64,000 nucleotides of DNA from Candidatus Latescibacterota bacterium (lineage in GTDB: Bacteria > Latescibacterota > UBA2968 > GCA-2709665), in NCBI GenBank assembly GCA_965116875.1, contig OZ220733.1, forward strand, positions 5,216,001-5,280,000, given 5' to 3'. Numbering within the stretch: the first letter of the stretch is position 1; each line of letters starts with the position of its first letter. The notes under the pieces were generated by a model. The model had not been told where the DNA came from. It saw only the letters and a program-made list of their open reading frames with translations, and searched no databases. This document shows, in pieces, positions 36,069 through 46,111 of this stretch. The translations under genes and the position numbers were made by a program.

Positions 36069-39019
36069 GTATCCCTATGATTCCACGTGAATGTAAACGT
36101 CTCGCTGAGGTAGACTTCCCCATTGCAGAAGTCTCCAAGCACGCGGCCAAGGAGAAGTCGATTAGGCACGGGCACCCGAGTACCCTACACCTGTGGTGGG
36201 CGCGGCGGCCATTGGCTTCGTCGCGGGCGGTGTTGCTGGCGTTGCTGCTGCCGGATCCGTGCGACGCGCACTGCCCGGAGGGCTTTAAGCAGCGAGCACG
36301 GGAGATCCTGCGTACGGTTCGGCAGCCACCGACGAATGACGAAGAACTGCGGCAGGGATTACTGTCGTTTATCGCCAACTTCGCCAACTGGAATAATGCG
36401 GCGGATCGCACTCATCTCGAAGTGAGCCGGGCGTTGGTAAAGGCGGCGCATGGCGAGGAGCCACCGCTTGTTGTGGACCCGTTTGCCGGCGGGGGCTCGA
36501 TTCCGCTGGAGGCGTTGCGGCTGGGCTGTGAGGCGTTTGCAAGTGATCTGAACCCGGTGGCGTGCCTGATTCTTAAAGTACTGCTTGAGGATATTCCTCG
36601 GTGCGGCCCCGGGCTTTCTGATAAACTCAGAAGGGTCGGTGACAGGATTAAACGGCAGGTAGGGAAAGAGTTAGCCGAGGTTTATCCCAAGGATCCTGAC
36701 GGTTCGACACCAATTGCCTACTTGTGGGCTCGGACTGCACGTTGTGAAGCGCCGAACTGTGGCGCGGAGATTCCGCTGATGCGTTCGTTTTGGCTGTGCA
36801 AGAAGGCCAATCGTATGCGGGCGCTGCGATATCGAGTCGACCGGTGCGAGAAGAGTCCGCCGAGAGTTGTGTTTGAGTTATTCGAGCCAAAAACGGATAG
36901 AGAAGTGCGTGGCGGCACGGTGGCGAGAGCGAGAGCGACTTGCTTGTGCTGCGGCTCGGTGCTGCCGCCGGAGCGGGTGCGGGCCCAGCTTGCGGCAGAG
37001 CGGGGCGGCGCGGACGTGATTTTTGACTCGAAGGGGCGACGGACGGGCGGGGCGCGAATGACCGCGGTGGTGACAATCAAGCCTAAACAGGCCGGGCGGC
37101 ACTATCGGCTGCCAATCGACACGGATTACGCGGCGGTGCAAAAGGCCCAAAGGCGAGTAGCACAGGTAATAGAGGAATGGGAGCGGGGTGGGAGACAGGG
37201 ACTTTGCCCGCTGCCGGATGAGCCGACACCGGCAGGGGGTGGTTCGGGAGCGGGGCGAGCGTTCAGTGTGCAACGCTATGGTATGATGCAATGGGGCGAC
37301 TTGTTTACGGCACGACAGAAGGTGGCATTGGCCATGCTACTCATCCAAATACGTAATAAAAACACGGCTCAATTGACCACGGTGTTGGCCTGTGCCTTCA
37401 ATCGTGTGTCGATGAGTAACATGTCCTGTACTAGATGGAATGCCGTCGCAGAAAAAATGCAGCATACGTTTGGCAGGCAGGCACTTCCCATGGTGTGGGA
37501 TTTTGCAGAGGTGGTGATCATAGCTGAGGCTCCAGGCAATTGGAAAAGTGGATTCGCGCTCATTGCCGATGTGGTTGATGCATTAGTCAACCGTGAGCCC
37601 GGCCAAATTCAAACTGCAGATGCTGCTAATCATCCTCTACCCGATCAAACCACTGGCATCTGGTTCACCGACCCACCCTACTACGACGCCATCCCCTATT
37701 CCGACCTTTCCGACTTCTTCCTCGTTTGGCTCAAGCGGACGCTACCGGATAGCCAATTGCTACGCGACCCGTTCGACCCAGACAACCCGCTATCGCCCAA
37801 GACCGCTGAGGCCGTGCAAGACGAGACCAAACAGGCCGACGGTCGTCCCAAAGACCGCGCTTGGTTTGAAGAGACTATGGCAAAAGCCTTCGCTGAAGGT
37901 CGTCGCGTTCTGCATGAAGATGGCATCGGCTCTGTCGTCTTTGCACACAAGACAACTGAAGGATGGGAAGCACTTCTCTCTGGCCTGATTCGCGGTGGCT
38001 GGACCATCACCGGCTCCTGGCCCATCGCCACCGAAATGGCATCACGTCTCCGCGCCCGCGATTCGGCAGCCCTCGCCACCAGCGTCCACCTCATCTGCCG
38101 CCCTCGTCCAGAAATCGCACCAATCGGAGACTGGGGCGATGTCCTGCAGGAACTGCCGGTCCGAGTCAGCGAATGGATTGAACGCTTGCAGAAAGAGGGC
38201 ATTCGCGGAGCAGACCTCGTGTTCGCTTGCATCGGTCCTGCGTTGGAGGTCTTTAGTCGCTATTGTAAAGTTGAGACCGCGGAGGGTAAGACAGTCGATC
38301 TGGCTGAGTACCTCGAAAGGGTATGGGAAGTGGTGGGTCGTACTGCGTTGCAGCAGGTATTGGGAAAGGCACAGGCTGGCGCGTTGGAAGAGGATGCGCG
38401 CCTGACGGCACTTTTCCTTTGGACTCTACAGACGACTGACACGCGCGGAAACAACGGCGAGCCGGATCTGGGTAAAAATGATGCGGTAGCCACAGTTACC
38501 GCAAAGGGATTCAGCCTGCCTTTTGACGTTGTGCGCCGCTTTGCGCAGCCCATGGGCATAAATCTCGACAACTGGACTGACCGGATTGTCGGCCAGAATA
38601 AAGGCGTCGTACGCCTGCTGCCCGTGGCGGAGCGGGCCGCGAAACTCTTCGGTACGGACGGCACTGCCGCGGTGGCTGAACGGATCGAGCGGGACCCAAA
38701 TTCCGATGTTCAACAGACGCTCTTTCCGGATCTTGACAAACGTACTCCAACTATAGTTCGGGAGTCACAGCCGAGATATGGTGTGTCAGCCGACGACGAC
38801 TCTAATCGGACGCCTGGCGACACGACCCTTGACCGCATTCACGCGGCAATGCTATTTCAGTCGCACGGCCACGCCAACGCGCTGCGGGAACTGATCGGCG
38901 TCGAACAGGAGCGCGGACCCAACTTCCTTCGGCTTGCAAATGCATTGTCGGCGCTCTATCCGCGAGGGAGCGCCGAAAAAGCCCTGTTGGACGCCATGTT
39001 GTTGGCGGTTCCGAGGTGA
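36065..39019 (+). CDS. DUF1156-domain adenine DNA methyltransferase with zinc ribbon
   Basis: HGHPSTLHLWWARRPLA, DPFAGGGSIP, CEAPNCG, CLCCG, TDPPYYD; alternative start at ATG 36077. Confidence 0.92.
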   Translation: MSIPMIPRECKRLAEVDFPIAEVSKHAAKEKSIRHGHPSTLHLWWARRPLASSRAVLLALLLPDPCDAHCPEGFKQRAREILRTVRQPPTNDEELRQGLLSFIANFANWNNAADRTHLEVSRALVKAAHGEEPPLVVDPFAGGGSIPLEALRLGCEAFASDLNPVACLILKVLLEDIPRCGPGLSDKLRRVGDRIKRQVGKELAEVYPKDPDGSTPIAYLWARTARCEAPNCGAEIPLMRSFWLCKKANRMRALRYRVDRCEKSPPRVVFELFEPKTDREVRGGTVARARATCLCCGSVLPPERVRAQLAAERGGADVIFDSKGRRTGGARMTAVVTIKPKQAGRHYRLPIDTDYAAVQKAQRRVAQVIEEWERGGRQGLCPLPDEPTPAGGGSGAGRAFSVQRYGMMQWGDLFTARQKVALAMLLIQIRNKNTAQLTTVLACAFNRVSMSNMSCTRWNAVAEKMQHTFGRQALPMVWDFAEVVIIAEAPGNWKSGFALIADVVDALVNREPGQIQTADAANHPLPDQTTGIWFTDPPYYDAIPYSDLSDFFLVWLKRTLPDSQLLRDPFDPDNPLSPKTAEAVQDETKQADGRPKDRAWFEETMAKAFAEGRRVLHEDGIGSVVFAHKTTEGWEALLSGLIRGGWTITGSWPIATEMASRLRARDSAALATSVHLICRPRPEIAPIGDWGDVLQELPVRVSEWIERLQKEGIRGADLVFACIGPALEVFSRYCKVETAEGKTVDLAEYLERVWEVVGRTALQQVLGKAQAGALEEDARLTALFLWTLQTTDTRGNNGEPDLGKNDAVATVTAKGFSLPFDVVRRFAQPMGINLDNWTDRIVGQNKGVVRLLPVAERAAKLFGTDGTAAVAERIERDPNSDVQQTLFPDLDKRTPTIVRESQPRYGVSADDDSNRTPGDTTLDRIHAAMLFQSHGHANALRELIGVEQERGPNFLRLANALSALYPRGSAEKALLDAMLLAVPR

Positions 39020-39035
39020 AAAAGGAGAAACTGAA

Positions 39036-40403
39036 ATGCACATTCTAACACTCAAGAATTTCAGGTGCTTCCGCGAAAAGCAAAGAGCTCGGCTGGCACC
39101 GCTGACGCTGTTGGTAGGAGAAAACAGCACGGGAAAGACGTCGTTCATGGCAATGGCTCGGGCAGTGTGGGACATGGTCTATAGGGGAAGAGAACCAGAC
39201 TTTAAGGAGGATCCCTACGACCTTGGGAGTTTTGACGAAATCGCACACTATCGAGGAGGCCGAGGCGGTCGCGCAACTAATCTTGAAGCTGGATTTGATG
39301 TCGTTCCAAAGGTTAAGTCTAAAAGAGGATCAGGTTCTGCAAATGAGCTACTTGGGTTCAACGTAATCTTCGAAAAGAGTGGAACCATCCCGTTACCAGT
39401 GCGGAGGCGCTTTTCCCATAAGGATGCATGGATGGAGCTATCGCAAACGGAGATTCGCTTTGGGACGAAACGGGGTTCTTGGAAGAGAAGACACCACAAC
39501 GCTAGATTCACTCCTCCACCTGGTATGGACTTTCCCCTACAGTTTTTTTTACAGCACATAATTCGATCAGCAGACTCTAAAGAGGATAGATGGAACCCAG
39601 AATCGGGAATAAAAGGGCCTACAAAAGCAGACTTCAATCAGATCGAAAATTTCCCGATTTTTCCATTATTTGAAACGACAGGCCTTCATGAAAAGAGGCC
39701 ATATGCCAGTGCACCAGTCCGCTCCAAGCCTCGCCGAACGTACGATCCAGCGCGTCCGACACGTGACCCCGAGGGCGATTACATTCCAATGTACCTGTCA
39801 GATTTGTATTTCCAAAATAAAAGGCAATGGAATAAACTCAAGGACGCGCTCGAAGAGTTCGGACAGAATGCCGGTCTGTTTGATGAAATTTCGGTCAAAA
39901 CTCTAGGGAAGAAGGAAACAGAGCCTTTTCAGGTACAGATCAGAAAATTCGGAAAACGTGCCAAAGGCCCGCACAGAAACTTGATTGACGTAGGTTATGG
40001 CGTAAGCCAAGTGCTTCCTGTGATTACCGAATTATTACGCGAAGACCCACTATCGATGTTTCTGCTCCAGCAACCCGAGGTACATCTCCATCCCAGCGCT
40101 CAAGCGGCACTGGGAAGCTTGTTCTGTCAGCTTGCTAGCCCGACCCGACAGCTATTCGTCGAGACTCACAGTGATCACCTGCTTAGTCGTGTGCGCATGG
40201 ACGTTCGTGACGGCAAGGGTAAACTGAAACCTGAAGACGTTTCCATTCTGTTCTTCGAACGGCGCGACCTTGAAGTACATATTCATTCGTTGAACATCGA
40301 CGGCGAGGGTAACGTTCTAGATGCACCACCAGTTTATAGGCAGTTCTTCATTAAAGAGATGGAAAGGGCTATCTGGAAGAAACAGAAAGATGTAGGGAAC
40401 TAA
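39036..40403 (+). CDS. ABC/SMC-like ATPase (AAA_15/AAA_21 type) with DUF3696-like C-terminus
   Basis: LKNFRCF, GENSTGKT, VGYGVSQ, QQPEVHLHP, ETHSDH; AAGGAG RBS before ATG 39036. Confidence 0.88.
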   Translation: MHILTLKNFRCFREKQRARLAPLTLLVGENSTGKTSFMAMARAVWDMVYRGREPDFKEDPYDLGSFDEIAHYRGGRGGRATNLEAGFDVVPKVKSKRGSGSANELLGFNVIFEKSGTIPLPVRRRFSHKDAWMELSQTEIRFGTKRGSWKRRHHNARFTPPPGMDFPLQFFLQHIIRSADSKEDRWNPESGIKGPTKADFNQIENFPIFPLFETTGLHEKRPYASAPVRSKPRRTYDPARPTRDPEGDYIPMYLSDLYFQNKRQWNKLKDALEEFGQNAGLFDEISVKTLGKKETEPFQVQIRKFGKRAKGPHRNLIDVGYGVSQVLPVITELLREDPLSMFLLQQPEVHLHPSAQAALGSLFCQLASPTRQLFVETHSDHLLSRVRMDVRDGKGKLKPEDVSILFFERRDLEVHIHSLNIDGEGNVLDAPPVYRQFFIKEMERAIWKKQKDVGN

Positions 40404-40406
40404 TCT

Positions 40407-40877
40407 ATGTGTGCAATTGTGGATTCAAATGTAGTCCATGAGGTCTTTGGTCCCAATCAGCCTCCCGCCGGGCAGGTATTTTATGAATGGATCAACGCAG
40501 CTAATGGACGGTTTGTAGTAGGTGGCAAGCAACTCGAAGAACTCAAAAGGGCTTCGCCAGACTTCAGAGAGTGGGCAAGTGTGTTCGCGGAAGCCGGCAG
40601 AATGAGAATAGTGAACGAAGATTTGGTCAATACCAAGGCCGAAGATATCATGGAGCTATGTATCTCAAATGACTCTCATATAATTGCGCTAGCCCAGATC
40701 AGCGGTGCAAGACTATTGTATACCAACGAGAATCCCAAAAAAAGCAAATCGCTATGTAAGGACTTCAAGAACAAGCAACTGATCAATCGGCCAGAAGGAA
40801 AGATATACTCGACAAGGGAGTTTAAGAATGTCACACAGACCCACAAGAAACTGCTTCGAAGGAGGGATCTGTGCTAA
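40407..40877 (+). CDS. PIN-like domain protein
   Basis: AIVDSNV, EEL, SNDSHIIALA, LLYTNE acidic pattern; starts 3 nt after the ATPase stop. Confidence 0.7.
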   Translation: MCAIVDSNVVHEVFGPNQPPAGQVFYEWINAANGRFVVGGKQLEELKRASPDFREWASVFAEAGRMRIVNEDLVNTKAEDIMELCISNDSHIIALAQISGARLLYTNENPKKSKSLCKDFKNKQLINRPEGKIYSTREFKNVTQTHKKLLRRRDLC

Positions 40878-41549
40878 ATGAAATGGCTGTCGATTGTACC
40901 AAGATTAGCAAGAGGGTTGGTGCGGACAAAAGGGCTTCAATGTCACCTTGGGATTATCAGACTCTGTTCCTTCTGTCAAAACGACGAGCATTTTACCAGA
41001 TGAGCATATCGAATTCGGCAAACGGACTTTATTGGTCGACAAGACGTTCGGGCAACTGCCATTTGGCTCTCTTCATTGCGTTTCCCGCCTAGGGAATGGG
41101 CTATCCGTAAATTGTGTACCGGAAATTTGCAGAGGAATGCCAACGGATAGGTCTGATTTGTCGTCTATCTGCGAGGTTAAATTGGGTTCTCCAGGACAAC
41201 AACCGCATTCTGATTACAGCGATCTAGGTTTCTTGATTTCAATGAATGTGAACAGTGAAAAACCGATTTACGGAACTGTTGGACCGGCTTCACTAGTCTA
41301 AACTGAGTCGGCGAATGCTAGTTTATTTTAGGCAGCAGCACGTCGCGTTGTGCCTTACGTCGCATAAGGGGCTTGAAGTCGCGAAGCGCCGTTCAGAATC
41401 GTTTAGCAAGTTCATCCTATCAATCGGTTCGATGATTGTCTCCTTAGCGGTCGTTTTCCCTCAGGGCTACACCGGCGGTCTTAGAGGGTCGCACGAAGAA
41501 TTCACAATACAGCATGACTGAATACAACGAAATATTCAGGATTCGTAAT

Positions 41550-44348
41550 ATGGCTCTCGATCCCTGGTACAAAGTCACCACGCTTCGGAAGGAAGTACGG
41601 GAAGGCCGCTCGTTCAGCCCCGACGAGTTTGCGATTGCGTTAGAGCAGGTCGTCAACGGAACTGCACCGGATGACTACAGCGATCCGGTGCAGTTTTTCT
41701 CACGCACCTGTTTTACACGCGCATTGAATGAGCATGTAGGCATGGTACTCCGCCGTCTTTCCGGGATGACGGAAAACACAGCGCCAGTTCTCACTTTAGT
41801 CACCCAATTTGGCGGTGGCAAGACACATACTCTGACTGCGCTCTACCACATCGCCAAGGTGGGAGTTCGGGCCTCCAGGTTCCCTGGCATTTCGAATCTA
41901 CTGAAGGAAGCCGGGACGCCGGAAGTACCTTCGGCCAGAGTCGGTGTGTTCGCCGGCAATGCGTGGGACCCGTCGGAAGGAAGAGAAACACCATGGATCG
42001 ATCTGGCAAGACAATTGTCGGGTGACAAGGGTGTTGAGGTCCTCGGTCCGTCCGCACAACAGACGCCGCCAGGGACCGAGGCTCTTGGCAAGGTGTTCGC
42101 GGCTGCGGACGCTCCTGTTCTCCTGCTTTTCGACGAGGTACTCAACTTTATTAACCGCCATCGAAAGATGGCCGAGAGTTTCCACGCGTTTCTTCAGAAT
42201 CTGACCGTCGCAGTTACCGGAACCACTCGCGCTGCCGCGGTTATCAGTCTGCCGCGCAGCCAGGTAGAAATGACTGACTGGGATCAGCAGTGGCAGGACC
42301 GAATCACAAAAGTTGTAAGACGCGTCGCCCGGGATCTGATCGCAAATGATGAATCAGAAATCAGCGAGGTCGTGCGCCGCCGACTGTTCGAGGACGTCGG
42401 AAAAGATCGTGTCCGAGCGAAAGTCTCCAAGGCCTATGCAGACTGGTGTTTTGAACGATCTGCTCGCTTACCTTCCGAATGGCTGGCAGTAGATACAGCA
42501 ACCACCGAGGCTAAGGCCCGAGAGTTTTTGCGGGGCCGATTCGAAGCGTGCTATCCCTTTCATCCTGCTACCCTTTCGGTCTTTCAACGTAAATGGCGTG
42601 CGCTTCCTCAATTTCAACAAACACGAGGCGCCCTGGCTATGCTCGCTCAGTGGGTTTCGTGGGCCGCACGCGAACAGTTCAATAAAGCGCGCCGAGAGCC
42701 GCTGATAACGCTTGGATCGGCGCCACTGCACGTGCAGGAGTTTCGGGCTGTGGTCCTTGGCCAGCTGGGTGAGTCTCGCCTTGACGTTGCAATTGACGCG
42801 GATCTTGCGGGGCCGGTGTCACACGCGAGATCCCTCGATGCGGACGCCAGGGGCGCATTACGGGACATTCACCGCCGCGTGGGCACAACCATCCTGTTCG
42901 AGTCATCCGGCGGCCAGGTCGATAAGTTGGCACACTTGCCGGAATTGCGCTTTGCGCTCGGAGATCCCGAAGTCGATACCGCGACCATCGACAACGCAGC
43001 GACAGATCTGGAAAAATCCGGTTTCTTTATTCGCAAGGTGGGTACGGACGGCTATCGTATCCATCACCAGGCAACCCTGAAAAAGGTCGTGAGCGACCGA
43101 TTAGCGTCACTTGACGAAGCCAGGGACATCGATCCTGCACTTTGCAAACTCATCCTGGATGAGTTCAAATCCGGTGCGAGCCTACCGGTGATCGGGTTTC
43201 CGAAGGAGAGCGCCGATATCCACGACTCGCCGCGCCTCGTCCTGGTCATCGCCGACCCCGATACCGAATTGACAGACCCCACATTAAGTCACGTTGGCGA
43301 AGATGCGGCCGTCAAGCGCATTCGGGAGTGGACGAACGAACGGGGTGGTTCGCCGAGGCTCTACCCGGGCTCGACGGTCTGGTGTGTTCGAAGATCCAGT
43401 CAAGAGCTTCGCCAGAAAGTTGCACTTTGGCTGGCTTGGCAGCGAGTCCAACGCGAAATAGGACAAGGCGTACTCGGCGTCGAATACGACCGCTCGGATT
43501 TCACCGACGTTCGCGCCCAGGTTAAGGAGGCTCAAGAGGCAGCAAGAGACGAAGTCTGGGCAAGCTATCGGTTCGTGGCGCTGGCAGAAACACGAGAACC
43601 GCACGGTCTTAAGATCGTAGATCTCGGCGCCGGTCACGCAAGTACTGGTGAGACCCTGTGTGGGCGAATAATCGACGCGTTAAAGTCGGAGGCGCTTCTC
43701 AACGAGTCTGTAGGCGCCAGTTATATCGAACGACACTGGCCACCGGCGTTCAAGGAGTCCGCTGCTTGGCCCTTGACCAGCCTGCGCCAGAGTTTTCTGA
43801 ATGGATCGCTCACCCGGCTGATCGATCCAGACACAGTTCTCCGAACCAAGATTGTTGATTCTGTGATGAACGGAGACTTTGGCCTGGCCTCTGGACCGAC
43901 CAATGATGGGCGATACGAGCGAATCTGGTATACAGAGACTGTTGATGCTGAGGAAGTGGCATTCGAGCCAAACGTCTTCCTTTTGACGAAGAAGAGAGCC
44001 GCGGAACTTCGGGCAACGACGCACGAACCGACGCAGCCACACCCTGAACCTGTGCCACAGCCGGAACCTGAACCTCAACCGGGGCCAGAACCCGCACCCG
44101 GACCAGAACCAGGTCCCGGCTCCGACAAAACTACGCTCAGGCTTTCCGGCAACTTTCCCTCCGAAGTCTGGAACCGTCTTGGAACCAAGTTGCTACCCAA
44201 ACTGCGTGCGGGAGAGGATTTTAGCTCACGAATCGATCTCTCGGTGCGCATCGACTCAGGGTCCTCTGAGAACACAGTCACCGAGTTGCGGCAGATTCTG
44301 GATGACCTTGGCATCGCCGATCGAATCCGAATCGAAGTGTCAAATTAA
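41550..44348 (+). CDS. DUF499 AAA+ ATPase (BrxC/PglY-related)
   Basis: PWYKV..R, EFA..L, TQFGGGKTHTL, LLFDE, VRRRLFE, YPFHP, FQQTRGAL. Confidence 0.92.
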   Translation: MALDPWYKVTTLRKEVREGRSFSPDEFAIALEQVVNGTAPDDYSDPVQFFSRTCFTRALNEHVGMVLRRLSGMTENTAPVLTLVTQFGGGKTHTLTALYHIAKVGVRASRFPGISNLLKEAGTPEVPSARVGVFAGNAWDPSEGRETPWIDLARQLSGDKGVEVLGPSAQQTPPGTEALGKVFAAADAPVLLLFDEVLNFINRHRKMAESFHAFLQNLTVAVTGTTRAAAVISLPRSQVEMTDWDQQWQDRITKVVRRVARDLIANDESEISEVVRRRLFEDVGKDRVRAKVSKAYADWCFERSARLPSEWLAVDTATTEAKAREFLRGRFEACYPFHPATLSVFQRKWRALPQFQQTRGALAMLAQWVSWAAREQFNKARREPLITLGSAPLHVQEFRAVVLGQLGESRLDVAIDADLAGPVSHARSLDADARGALRDIHRRVGTTILFESSGGQVDKLAHLPELRFALGDPEVDTATIDNAATDLEKSGFFIRKVGTDGYRIHHQATLKKVVSDRLASLDEARDIDPALCKLILDEFKSGASLPVIGFPKESADIHDSPRLVLVIADPDTELTDPTLSHVGEDAAVKRIREWTNERGGSPRLYPGSTVWCVRRSSQELRQKVALWLAWQRVQREIGQGVLGVEYDRSDFTDVRAQVKEAQEAARDEVWASYRFVALAETREPHGLKIVDLGAGHASTGETLCGRIIDALKSEALLNESVGASYIERHWPPAFKESAAWPLTSLRQSFLNGSLTRLIDPDTVLRTKIVDSVMNGDFGLASGPTNDGRYERIWYTETVDAEEVAFEPNVFLLTKKRAAELRATTHEPTQPHPEPVPQPEPEPQPGPEPAPGPEPGPGSDKTTLRLSGNFPSEVWNRLGTKLLPKLRAGEDFSSRIDLSVRIDSGSSENTVTELRQILDDLGIADRIRIEVSN
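44022..44123 (+). repeat. Pro/Glu-rich repetitive linker inside the DUF499 gene
   Basis: Encodes HEPTQPHPEPVPQPEPEPQPGPEPAPGPEPGPGS from degenerate short units. Confidence 0.7.
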
Positions 44349-44502
44349 CATCTTTTTGTCAACGGCACAAACCGAGGACCAATTCTCGGCAGGTCCTTTC
44401 GATCGGCAACTGTGCGTAGCGCGGTCGTTGGAATTCGCTGGGACAGACGGCGATGTTAGACTGCGCCGGACGTAAACGACATCATCACCCGATGAAGAAA
44501 AC

Positions 44503-45741
44503 ATGAACAAAGCCGATGTGATCGAGCTGATCCAAAGTGGCGAGAACTCCGGTGTCGAGTTCAAGCGCGCCGAACTCCGCCCTGAACAACTCGCTACGGA
44601 AATCGCAGCTCTACTCAATCTGGAAGGTGGGCGCATTCTCCTCGGCGTCGACGACAACGGCTCGGTTACCGGTCTCATCCGCGATTCGCGCAGGGTGGAA
44701 GAGTGGGTTATGGAAACGGCACGTACTCACGTCCTGCCGGCGGCGATTCCCTACTGGGAAACCGTAGATTGGGGAAACGGGAGAATCGTCGGCGTCATAT
44801 CTCTTCCGAGGGACGCGCCGGATAAGCCTTACAAGGCCAGGCGCGGAGGACATTGGATTACGCAGGTGCGCGTCGGAACGACTACGCGCGCTGCAGGGCG
44901 CGAGGAAGAGGAACGGCTCTATCTGCAGGGAGGACAGTTTCGCTATGGACTGAAGCCCGTTCTCGGCACCGGGATCGACTCGCTCAACAGGCGCCATTTA
45001 CGAGACTATTTCAGCCGCGTTCTGGGCAGCAGCATTCCTCCCGCAGACGACGTCGATCAGTGGCAAAGGCTGTTGCAAAACCTGGACCTTGCAACTCGGT
45101 CACCGGGTCGGATCGCCGCGACCGTTGACGGAATGCTCCTGTTTGGCAAGGACTCAAAGCGGTTTCTTCCTCAATCGGGCATTCGAGCAATATGCTATCC
45201 AGGCCAGGAGCCTGATTATGCAACCCGTGCGGACGAGGATCTCACGGGCCCTATGGCGCCACTCTGCGACCCCGAGGACGGAGAACTCGTCAAGCCGGGG
45301 CTTGTGGACAAGGCCTGGGATTTTGTGCGGCGCAATACGACCCCGTCCGCTTATCTGGAAGGAGCGAGACGAATCGACCGCTGGGAATTCCCTGAAGAAG
45401 CGGTGCGCGAGGTCGTGGTCAACGCCCTCGTACATCGCGACTACAGCATCGTTGGAACCGACATCATGCTTGTCATCTTCTCCGATCGCCTCGATGTCGT
45501 CAGCCCCGGCCGCCTGCCGAACACGGTAACGCCCGAAGGGATGCGATTGGGGATGCGCTACGCACGAAATCAGAATTTAGTGAACGTGATGCGCGACTAC
45601 GGCTACGTGGATGCTCGTGGAATGGGCATTCGGAACAAGATCATTCCCGGCATGTTGGCCCACAACGGCACCGAACCGGACCTGATCGAAGAGGACCACC
45701 GGTTCATCGTGCGCCTGTGGAAGGAACCGAAGCCCTCGTGA
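44503..45741 (+). CDS. Schlafen/AlbA_2 domain + HATPase_c_4 (RecG C-terminal-like) protein
   Basis: GENSGVEFK, ALLNLEGGRILLGVDD, REVVVNALVHRDY, SPGRLP, RN...GMG. Confidence 0.88.
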   Translation: MNKADVIELIQSGENSGVEFKRAELRPEQLATEIAALLNLEGGRILLGVDDNGSVTGLIRDSRRVEEWVMETARTHVLPAAIPYWETVDWGNGRIVGVISLPRDAPDKPYKARRGGHWITQVRVGTTTRAAGREEEERLYLQGGQFRYGLKPVLGTGIDSLNRRHLRDYFSRVLGSSIPPADDVDQWQRLLQNLDLATRSPGRIAATVDGMLLFGKDSKRFLPQSGIRAICYPGQEPDYATRADEDLTGPMAPLCDPEDGELVKPGLVDKAWDFVRRNTTPSAYLEGARRIDRWEFPEEAVREVVVNALVHRDYSIVGTDIMLVIFSDRLDVVSPGRLPNTVTPEGMRLGMRYARNQNLVNVMRDYGYVDARGMGIRNKIIPGMLAHNGTEPDLIEEDHRFIVRLWKEPKPS

Positions 45742-45784
45742 TCCCCTGCGAATACAAGCGTTTCGCCGAAGTCGGAGAGACGCC

Positions 45785-46111
45785 ATGAACAAGAGAATGC
45801 TGGACCAGCCGACACTGGACGACATCATCCGGCGCATTGTGGAGGTGGCCGAGCCGGAGAAGATCATCCTCTTCGGGTCCGCCGCCCGGGGCGACATGAA
45901 CCGCCACAGCGACGTCGATCTGCTCATCATCAAGGATGGCGGGGACGCGTTCGATCTGATGGGCGAAATATATATGAATCTGGATGGCGCAGGCGCAGCT
46001 GTGGACGCTGTTGTCGTCACGCCCGACGAGGTAGAGCGGTATAAAAACAGCCATTCGGTGATCATCAAGCCCGCGCTGCGTGAGGGAAGGGTGGTATATG
46101 AGTCCTCCTGA
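45785..46111 (+). CDS. Minimal nucleotidyltransferase (MNT) antitoxin
   Basis: ILFGSAARG...SDVDLL; GGAG RBS. Confidence 0.9.
   Translation: MNKRMLDQPTLDDIIRRIVEVAEPEKIILFGSAARGDMNRHSDVDLLIIKDGGDAFDLMGEIYMNLDGAGAAVDAVVVTPDEVERYKNSHSVIIKPALREGRVVYESS

Noticed and set aside
40871-41521. Short ORFs 40871-41092, 40948-41301 and 41315-41521 as genes
   Set aside because: No recognisable motif or clear RBS; kept only as an unexplained region.
44022-44123. Possible contingency or diversity-generating repeat
   Set aside because: In-frame degenerate Pro-rich linker; no frameshift-prone tract and no reverse transcriptase nearby.
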